DNA of 33,269 nt from Candidatus Kerfeldbacteria bacterium (lineage in GTDB: Bacteria; Patescibacteriota; Patescibacteriia; SBBC01; JACPUP01), in NCBI GenBank assembly GCA_016192205.1, contig JACPUP010000050.1, forward strand, positions 1 through 33,269. The letters run 5' to 3'. Positions 26,777-33,269 of this stretch are shown here, in pieces (position 1 is the stretch's first letter; every line of letters begins with the position of its first letter). Position numbers and translations under genes: made by a program. The notes below the pieces were generated by a model. That model ran no database searches. It was not told the DNA's origin and saw only the letters and a list, made by a program, of their open reading frames with translations.

Positions 26777-27946
26777 TTAGCGTTGCAAAGCGCGCAGGGC
26801 CGGGAGCGTCCGTCGCTCGAGGAACTCGAGCATGGCGCCGCCGCCCGTCGAGACGAAGGAAAAACGCCTGATGAGCCTCGCCGCGCGAACAGCTTGGATG
26901 GTCTCGCCGCCACCGAGGATGGAGTGGCAGCGTGTTGCGGCAATGGCTCGGGCAATGGCTCGGGTGCCGCGGCTGTACGTCGGCTGTTCGATGAGCCCCA
27001 TGGGACCGTTCCAGATGACGGTGCCTGCGCTCCGGATGACGGCACCGTAGAGCTCAAGCGTGTCAGGTCCAATGTCGTAAATGAACTCGCGTGCGCCGAC
27101 CGAGCCCGCAGCCCGACGGTGCGAGGCAGCGCCGCGGCGCGGGGATGCAGCAGCAATGACATCAATGGGGATTTTGAGTTTTGGATTCTCGATTGGGATG
27201 GACCGCACGATACGGCCCAGGTTCGGCTCGACGAAAGAGCGACCGATTTGGATCCCCTTCTCGCGCAGCACGGCATTGGCCAACGCGCCACCGAGCAACA
27301 GGTAATCCACGTGGCGGAGGAGCGTTGTGATCAGCCTGATTTTCGTGGAAATTTTCGCACCGCCGATGATGGTCACGAGCGGTCGTTTCGGCTTGTGCAA
27401 CGCCTGTTCCAGCGTCGCAACCTCCTCTTCCAAGAGTCGGCCAGCCGCGCTCGGCAGGTACCGCGTAATGGCAACCATGGAGGCGTGCCGGCGATGCGCG
27501 TTCTCGAACGCGTCATCAACGTAGACGTCGCCGAGCGCAGCCAGTTGCCGCGCAAAGTGCGCGTCATTCCGTTCCTCTTCCGGTGCGAACCGAAGATTCT
27601 CGAGCATCGCTACCTGGCCAGGTTTCAGCTGGGCGACAGCGCGCGCCACCGCCGGTCCCATCAGGCTCGGGAGGAACCGCACGGGCCGGCGCAACCGCCG
27701 GCCGAGCGCGGTGGCAATCCCGCGAACCGAGAGCGCTCGCGACGGCCGGCCCTGGGGACGACCGCGATGGGTCATCACGACCAGGCTGGCCCGCTGTTGG
27801 AGCAGCGCCTGCAGCGTGGGCAGACCACGCTCAAGACGCCAGTCGTCTTGCACGTGGCCGCGGGCATTCGTCGGAACGTTGAACCCCGCCCGCACCAACA
27901 CGCGTTTTCCGCGCACGTTGAGGCTGCGGAACGATCGCAGTTTCAT
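26777..27946 (-). CDS. pgk: Phosphoglycerate kinase
   Basis: GKRVLVR.GFNVP, HRGRP, LENLRF..EE.ND, GGAKISTK, WNGPMG, GGGET, VSTGGGAMLEFL. Confidence 0.97.
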   Translation of the reverse strand: MKLRSFRSLNVRGKRVLVRAGFNVPTNARGHVQDDWRLERGLPTLQALLQQRASLVVMTHRGRPQGRPSRALSVRGIATALGRRLRRPVRFLPSLMGPAVARAVAQLKPGQVAMLENLRFAPEEERNDAHFARQLAALGDVYVDDAFENAHRRHASMVAITRYLPSAAGRLLEEEVATLEQALHKPKRPLVTIIGGAKISTKIRLITTLLRHVDYLLLGGALANAVLREKGIQIGRSFVEPNLGRIVRSIPIENPKLKIPIDVIAAASPRRGAASHRRAAGSVGAREFIYDIGPDTLELYGAVIRSAGTVIWNGPMGLIEQPTYSRGTRAIARAIAATRCHSILGGGETIQAVRAARLIRRFSFVSTGGGAMLEFLERRTLPALRALQR

Positions 27947-27952
27947 ACACGA

Positions 27953-27961
27953 AGTGTAGCA
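27953..27961 (-). promoter_or_regulatory. Extended -10 promoter, leaderless pgk operon transcript
   Basis: TGcTACACT, 6 nt, ATG. Confidence 0.7.
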
Positions 27962-27998
27962 AAAACACGGTCGGGATAACAGCGCTGGTACGGGCTGT

Positions 27999-28820
27999 CT
28001 AGGGCCGCGGGGTCAGACGCTGCACTTCCAGGAGGAGAGACTCGGCGGCACGGCGTCGGAGGCCGAATTGGATGAGGTCATTCAGCGACCGCGAAGTCAC
28101 ATCAACGGCTGACAGCACACCCGCATTCATGAGGACGTTCAGCTCCTGACGGCTGACGGATCCCAAAACCGTCACCGGGTACAGGCCTTGGGATTCAATC
28201 CAGTGTTCCAGCCCCCGTTGGTACGGCGTGCGCCAGGCGACGACGTTCAGCGAAACGCACTGGGCATAGCGCTCGGCTTCGGAGGTCACCCGCGTATTGG
28301 TCACGAGCCAGCCCAGGGTGTAGCCACTGCTCCCCTTGCGCAAATCCTCGAATCGGGCCTGGGTGTAGAGCGCGACCTTCACATCCGAGCGCGCACCGGA
28401 CCGATTGTGAAACTTGCACTCGACCATGACGCGCTGTCCGTCACGCTCGGCCGTGACATCCACCTCGTGTCCAACGCACGCTCCGAAAACCACCTGTCCG
28501 ACGCGCGTTCGATAGCCCTGGGCCTCGAACAAGCGCGCCACGAACTGTTCGAAGACGTAGCCGGCCGGACCGAGCGCCATGATGGCGCGCTTCAATGAGT
28601 AGCGAGCCGCGATCTCCGGCTGGTGTCTCGCCAGGTGCTGGCGGGCAGTCTCATAGATGACATCGGTGCGCACGCCCGGACGCACGCGACGCCGGATCGC
28701 AGCGGCCGTTTCTTTGACGAGCGCGGCCGATGCGCCAGCGCGATACAACGAGCGCTGGGCCTTCTCCTCGTCAAACGCCTCTTGCTGACCAGATGCTTTG
28801 ATGATGTATGGGGGTGCCAT
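27999..28820 (-). CDS. ATP-cone + Mrr-like PD-(D/E)XK nuclease-fold protein
   Basis: N-terminal IIKASGQQEAFDEEK (ATP-cone pattern); GPAGYVFEQFV, HEVDV, VECK, LVTN (Mrr_cat pattern); ATG 28820 is 8 nt after TGgTATCGT. Confidence 0.85.
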   Translation of the reverse strand: MAPPYIIKASGQQEAFDEEKAQRSLYRAGASAALVKETAAAIRRRVRPGVRTDVIYETARQHLARHQPEIAARYSLKRAIMALGPAGYVFEQFVARLFEAQGYRTRVGQVVFGACVGHEVDVTAERDGQRVMVECKFHNRSGARSDVKVALYTQARFEDLRKGSSGYTLGWLVTNTRVTSEAERYAQCVSLNVVAWRTPYQRGLEHWIESQGLYPVTVLGSVSRQELNVLMNAGVLSAVDVTSRSLNDLIQFGLRRRAAESLLLEVQRLTPRP

Positions 28821-28888
28821 ACGGATCCACGATACCATAGGACACGAACGGACTCACGACCACTGACCGCGCGATTTTCAGCGGTCGG

Positions 28889-29806
28889 CTAGAGCATGAA
28901 GCGCCGCTGCCGAACCGCCTCGATCCACACAAAGATGCGCCGCAGCACAAACCACGCCGGCCACTTGGCAAAGAAGACGAGCCAGTTGCGCTGCCCGTGA
29001 CGCCAGAAGCGAATCGCCAGCAGCGGAACCAGCACTGGGCTCACAGCGATGAGGAGGTAGTCGAGCGGCTGGACGAACCGTCCAAACCACACCCGCCGGC
29101 CGAACGCGTTGACGGTCCGCGGGTACCGAACGACCAGCGGGACGAAGACGGCGACGTTCTTGGCTGATGCGAGCAGCGATCGCGCTGTCCACTGGGTGGC
29201 CTGGTGGTACACCCGAGCGTCAGGCTGTCGCGCATAGGCAACCCCGCGCGCCAGCGCCCGCATGCCCAACTCGGTGTCCTCATTGTTGAACCGATCAAAA
29301 TCCTCGTTGAATCCACCCAGCGCTTCAAAGGTGGATTTTCGGTACGCAAGATTCCCGGCGCTGGGCCATTGGGCCCAGAGGTTTTGCACGACGCGCTCGG
29401 GAAACCGCCCACGATGGTCATCACGCACGTACTGCGTCTCACCAATGACGAAACCAACGTTGGGGTCGGTGAAGGGTTCTCCCAGGCGCGAGAGCCACAG
29501 CCGGTCAGCCGTGCAATCGTCATCAATGAACGCGACGAGACCATGCGCGGCCTGGCGAACGCCAAGGTTGCGCGCGCGTGACTTCCCCAGCCGTGTCTCG
29601 CTCCGTATCACCCGCACGCGACGGTCAAACAGCCCGGCCACGAGCGCGGCGACAGCGTATGACGAGGCGTCGTCCACAACAATGACCTCGAAGGGTTCGT
29701 ACGCTAACCGCGTCAGTGACCGCAGACAGTGCGCAAGTTCGGCGCGCCGGTTGCGCGTCGGCACGATGATGGAGACCCCGATCGATATGTTAGCTATGTG
29801 ACTCAC
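28889..29806 (-). CDS. Glycosyltransferase family 2
   Basis: SIIVPTRNR, VVDDAS, ARNLG, FIDDD, GGFNE, EDTELG; GTG is 6 nt after TGcTACGTT (29813-29821). Confidence 0.93.
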   Translation of the reverse strand: MSHIANISIGVSIIVPTRNRRAELAHCLRSLTRLAYEPFEVIVVDDASSYAVAALVAGLFDRRVRVIRSETRLGKSRARNLGVRQAAHGLVAFIDDDCTADRLWLSRLGEPFTDPNVGFVIGETQYVRDDHRGRFPERVVQNLWAQWPSAGNLAYRKSTFEALGGFNEDFDRFNNEDTELGMRALARGVAYARQPDARVYHQATQWTARSLLASAKNVAVFVPLVVRYPRTVNAFGRRVWFGRFVQPLDYLLIAVSPVLVPLLAIRFWRHGQRNWLVFFAKWPAWFVLRRIFVWIEAVRQRRFML

Positions 29807-29830
29807 CGCTTCAACGTAGCAGAAATGAGC

Positions 29831-29839
29831 TTATCCACA
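29831..29839 (+). promoter_or_regulatory. Single perfect DnaA box
   Basis: TTATCCACA in the divergent GT2/padR intergenic region. Confidence 0.4.
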
Positions 29840-29847
29840 AACGATGC

Positions 29848-29876
29848 TTGACACCAGCGGAAAGCTTGAATACTCT
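29848..29876 (+). promoter_or_regulatory. Sigma70 promoter of the padR cassette
   Basis: TTGACA (29848-29853), 17 nt, TACTCT (29871-29876). Confidence 0.75.
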
Positions 29877-29878
29877 CA

Positions 29879-29899
29879 ATATATCGCATAACGATATAT
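29879..29899. promoter_or_regulatory. Putative PadR operator
   Basis: Perfect inverted repeat ATATATCG-N5-CGATATAT spanning the predicted TSS and the start codon. Confidence 0.7.
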
Positions 29900-30221
29900 G
29901 AACCGCGAATTGCTGAAGGGCCACTCCGAACTCATTATCCTGGCCGCCTTGGCCCAACGGCCGATGCACGGATATTCGCTGTCAGAGCACATCAAAAGCC
30001 AGGTTCCGGAAACGTTCAAATTCGGCGTGGGGATGATCTATCCGCTGCTCCATCGCCTCGAACAGAAAAACCTCATTCGCGGCGTTTGGCAAGGGCCCGG
30101 CGGTATGCGACGCCGTGTTTACTCGCTGACCGCACGGGGAAAGAAAGCGCTCGCGGCCAAGCGCGACGAATGGCAAACGTTCCAGTCGATGATGACCAAC
30201 GTCGCAATACCAACCCGATGA
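29898..30221 (+). CDS. PadR-family transcriptional regulator
   Basis: ELLKGH..ILAAL..PMHGY..GMIYPLLHRLE..RRRVYSLTARG..W..F. Confidence 0.95.
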   Translation: MNRELLKGHSELIILAALAQRPMHGYSLSEHIKSQVPETFKFGVGMIYPLLHRLEQKNLIRGVWQGPGGMRRRVYSLTARGKKALAAKRDEWQTFQSMMTNVAIPTR

Positions 30222-31144
30222 CCGCTCGAACGTACATCGCCGCTTTCCTGCGTCATTTGCGCGTCGGCGGACAACGTCGAACGGAGATCATTGAAGAAAT
30301 ACAAACCCACCTCAAGGAACTCGGCACAACCGTCTCGCTCCTCGAGAAATTCGGAAACCCGCGACGTTTGGCACAAGCGTATAACCGCGTTCACCTGGGC
30401 TGGCTTTACAGCGCCGGTCGCTTGTATGGAATGCTGGCGCTTGTCCTGCTCGTACTTCCACTCGCTCTCTTGAAACTTTTCGATCGGTATGGCTTCGATG
30501 CTGCGGGAAACTTCAACGAAGCAGTCATCCAAACTGTGCCCTACTTTTGGCTACAGCTTGCCAGGGGCGTTACTTTTCTCCTGCCATTTGTTTTCACCGC
30601 TGCGGCTGCGCACGTGCTCATACGAATGAATGATTTCTCAGGCACGCTCCTGCGACTCATCGGAGCCGGTGCAACCTTCAACATCCTTTCTACGTTCATC
30701 AATTTCTACTTTTCCCTTCACCCAATCGATACTGTCGTTGGCTCCCTTTCGCTGAGTTTTGGCGTGACAGGCATTCTCCTCGTCATTCATCTCATCATTG
30801 CTTTCCTCGTGATGACCCTAACGGCACCGTGGACGCCAGCAAGCCATTCGTACCTTCAACAAAGGATGGGCTGGTCCGTAGCCCTGACCATCGCGACGGC
30901 TATCGTTTCACTACTCTTCAGTTCCTTTGCGATTGGGATGCTCGATCCGTACGACGGGTCGCTCCTCGAGTGGCTCCCGCCAAATGGGAGTCCAATGAGG
31001 ATGTACGCAAACCTCATCAATGGGCCGGCTGGCCTCCTGCCTGCCGGCGTGCTCCTGTTTCTCCTCGGTCGTAACCTTTTTCGTCAGTACCGTACGTACC
31101 GACTGCTCGTCGGTGACGAATCGGTGGAGGAACTGAAGGGCTAG
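30218..31144 (+). CDS. Multi-pass membrane protein with N-terminal HAAS-like helical domain
   Basis: YIAAFLRHL..RRTEIIEEIQTHL..KFGNPRRLAQAY then about 6 TMs; ATGA overlap with the padR stop. Confidence 0.75.
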   Translation: MTARTYIAAFLRHLRVGGQRRTEIIEEIQTHLKELGTTVSLLEKFGNPRRLAQAYNRVHLGWLYSAGRLYGMLALVLLVLPLALLKLFDRYGFDAAGNFNEAVIQTVPYFWLQLARGVTFLLPFVFTAAAAHVLIRMNDFSGTLLRLIGAGATFNILSTFINFYFSLHPIDTVVGSLSLSFGVTGILLVIHLIIAFLVMTLTAPWTPASHSYLQQRMGWSVALTIATAIVSLLFSSFAIGMLDPYDGSLLEWLPPNGSPMRMYANLINGPAGLLPAGVLLFLLGRNLFRQYRTYRLLVGDESVEELKG

Positions 31145-31380
31145 TGCACCCGATCCCGCGGCGGGAACGGGTCGTGCCCAAAACTGTCCTTGTTGCGGAT
31201 GCGGCCGTGCCGGTCGTGGATGACCAACTCGACGCGGTCCCGTCGCGCCAACGCTCGGGCCCGACGATCAGCCGCGGCCTGGGTACGGTGCGTCGAGACT
31301 GGCCGGCTGGCCCCCTCGCGCCGCACCTCCCAGCCGCCGTGCGGATTCGGCGCAACGTGGATATTCGGTTGGCGCGCCAT
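31141..31380 (-). CDS. DUF2188-family small protein
   Basis: HVAP..GGWEVRREGASR..TQAAA..ARALA..ELVIHDRHGRIR..DSFGHDPFPP; ATG 31380 is 8 nt after TGcTATGCT. Confidence 0.92.
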   Translation of the reverse strand: MARQPNIHVAPNPHGGWEVRREGASRPVSTHRTQAAADRRARALARRDRVELVIHDRHGRIRNKDSFGHDPFPPRDRVH

Positions 31381-31400
31381 ACGCCACGAGCATAGCACAT

Positions 31401-31814
31401 CTACCCCAGGAGCGCTTGCAACCGCTCGGGCAAATCACGAGGGTTCAAAGCCGACTTCACCCAGTAGTCTTCGGCGCCGAGCTCGCGTGCCCGCGCCCGG
31501 TGCTCGTCGGAATCGAGGTTCGAAAGCACCACCACCCGCAGTTTATGCCCGGCTCGGGCGCGCTTCCGCAGGACCTGCACCTCGCGGAGAATGTTGAAGC
31601 CGACCGGATTGTGGAATGGCTCCGGCACGTCCGGCGTCTTCAAACTGGGGATCAGAAGGTCGAGCAAAATGAGCTCGGGCAGTTTCCGGCGGATGATGCC
31701 GAGCGCCTCTTGTTCTTCAGCTGCGGACAGCAGCTCATACGAACACTGCTTCAGCACTGTCAGGTAGAGCGAGCGGATGAGCGGTTCGTCTTCGACGAGG
31801 AGAATGGTGGCCAT
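31401..31814 (-). CDS. Stand-alone response regulator receiver (CheY-like)
   Basis: ILLVEDE, LILLD (phospho-Asp), VVLSN, GAEDYWVK; no output domain. Confidence 0.93.
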   Translation of the reverse strand: MATILLVEDEPLIRSLYLTVLKQCSYELLSAAEEQEALGIIRRKLPELILLDLLIPSLKTPDVPEPFHNPVGFNILREVQVLRKRARAGHKLRVVVLSNLDSDEHRARARELGAEDYWVKSALNPRDLPERLQALLG

Positions 31815-31816
31815 AG

Positions 31817-33269
31817 TTACCCCAGTGGGAGAGCGAAGCTGAAGGTTGAGCCTTTCCCTTGGCCCTCGGATTCTACCCAGATCCGACCGCGGTGACCCTC
31901 CATAATCCGCTTGGCAATAAAGAGTCCCAAGCCCGAGCCATCCGGGTAGATCCGCGCAATGCCTGACCCGCGCACGAACTTGTTGAACAATTCTGGCGCC
32001 TGATCTTTCGGGATGCCAACGCCCGTGTCCTTGATGGAAACGACGAGTTCTCCCGGTCCGACCTCGGTGTGGACAGTGACACCGCCTTCGTTCGTGTACT
32101 TGATGGCATTGTCGAGCAAGTTCAGGATGACGTCTTGAATCTTGTCCTGATCGGCCATCACCTTGGGCGACGGTTTCCTCGGCCTCTCGAACGTCAACGT
32201 GAGGTGCTTGTCTGCCGCGAGCTTTTCGACCTCGTGCATCTGCTTTTCGATGAGGGGCAACAGGTCAATCGGCTGCGGGCTGATGTCGAACTTCCCGGCC
32301 TCGATCTTGGAAACGTTCAGGAATAGGTTGATGAGCCGGATCATCCGCTGGCTCTCGAACAGGAGATTCCGCAGGATGCGCGAGTGCTCAATTTTCATCG
32401 CCCCGAAGTCGCCAGCGGTGAGCATGGACAGATAGCCCATGATCCCGGTCATCGGGGTCCGGAGCTGGTGGCTGGCGATCGAGACGAACTCGCTCTTGGC
32501 CTGGTCGAGCAGCTGGAGGTGGCGGTTGGCGTCCTCAAGCTCCAGGTTGGCGTGTTTGACCTGCTCGAAGAGCTGGAGGTTGCGAGACACCACCCCGAGC
32601 TGGTCGGCCAGGGACTGCATGGTTTCGAGCTCGCGTTCGGTGATTTCCTCCTGCGGTTTCTTGAGACCGATCTCGATCGCGCCGATGACTTTCTCCTCGG
32701 AGACGATAGGCATGACCACGATGGTCTTGACGCCGACCAGTTTCTGGATGGCGCGAGCCAAGGCACTGGGCAGCGGCGGCGAGACGACTTCGGCGAAGTT
32801 CTCGCTGAAGCGCGCCTCGCCGGTCCGGATAACCTCGTGGGCGAGGTTTTTGTCCTTGAGGTTTTCGAGGTTCGTCGCGTAGTCAGTGAACGGTTTCGGG
32901 AGGAGCTTGAGCGCCTTGTTCGTCAGCGGGGTGTTCGTGATTGCCCGGGCGCGGACGGTTTTCCCGTCCTCGTCAACGAACACGAGCACCGCGCCGACGT
33001 AGCCAAGGCGCTTGGCCACCGAGTCGGCGATGTTCTGGACGACCTTGTTGAAGTCGAGGGTGCGCGTCACGTCCCGCGTGATGGTCTGGAGGGTCAGGAG
33101 CGAGACATTCCGCTCCTTCAACTCGGCCGTCGCCTCTTCCACCCGCTTCTTCAACCGCTCGCCGAAGGCCCGGACCTCTTCATAGAGGTTCGCCTTTTGA
33201 ATGGCTGACCCGATCTGCGGGCCCAAGACCTCGATGAGCTGCAAGTCGTCGTTGCCGAACGACTCGCCC
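31817..33269 (-). CDS. GAF-domain sensor histidine kinase (5' end outside window)
   Basis: H-box SEFVSIASHQLRTP, N-box NLLDNAIKY, DTGVGI, GSGLGL, GKGSTFSF; GAF region upstream; frame is open to the window edge. Confidence 0.95.
   Translation of the reverse strand, partial: GESFGNDDLQLIEVLGPQIGSAIQKANLYEEVRAFGERLKKRVEEATAELKERNVSLLTLQTITRDVTRTLDFNKVVQNIADSVAKRLGYVGAVLVFVDEDGKTVRARAITNTPLTNKALKLLPKPFTDYATNLENLKDKNLAHEVIRTGEARFSENFAEVVSPPLPSALARAIQKLVGVKTIVVMPIVSEEKVIGAIEIGLKKPQEEITERELETMQSLADQLGVVSRNLQLFEQVKHANLELEDANRHLQLLDQAKSEFVSIASHQLRTPMTGIMGYLSMLTAGDFGAMKIEHSRILRNLLFESQRMIRLINLFLNVSKIEAGKFDISPQPIDLLPLIEKQMHEVEKLAADKHLTLTFERPRKPSPKVMADQDKIQDVILNLLDNAIKYTNEGGVTVHTEVGPGELVVSIKDTGVGIPKDQAPELFNKFVRGSGIARIYPDGSGLGLFIAKRIMEGHRGRIWVESEGQGKGSTFSFALPLG

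Noticed and set aside
29831-29839. DnaA box as a sign of oriC
   Set aside because: Only one box seen, no DUE-like repeats or box cluster, no dnaA/dnaN nearby

Overview
High-GC, densely packed bacterial chromosome segment, almost all on the - strand. Gene content and signals suggest Patescibacteria/CPR (inference only): tandem gpmI, ATP-cone-Mrr protein, DUF4012, few Shine-Dalgarno sites. It holds cell-envelope genes (RlpA-S11 peptidase fusion, PrsA, FtsB-like, MurJ, PAP2, LiaF-like), lepA, two tRNAs (Gly-CCC, Thr-CGT), a surface-polysaccharide operon, RNase P RNA, a GH100-like glycosidase, rnhA, recJ, a lower-glycolysis operon (pgk-eno-gpmI-gpmI), a PadR cassette and a GAF histidine kinase/receiver pair. 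No CRISPR array, integrase or transposase was seen. The most unusual observations are: (1) an ~580-nt RNase P RNA with three large insertions, two sharing a related hairpin module; (2) a tRNA-Gly nested antisense in an uninterrupted ORF, with its promoter inside that gene; (3) repeated extended -10 boxes 6-8 nt before start codons (leaderless mRNAs); (4) a 34-aa gene exactly filling an intergenic gap; (5) a Y-shaped palindrome with GNA triloops after tRNA-Thr; (6) an enolase with active-site substitutions. All family calls are from motif recognition by eye; no searches were run.
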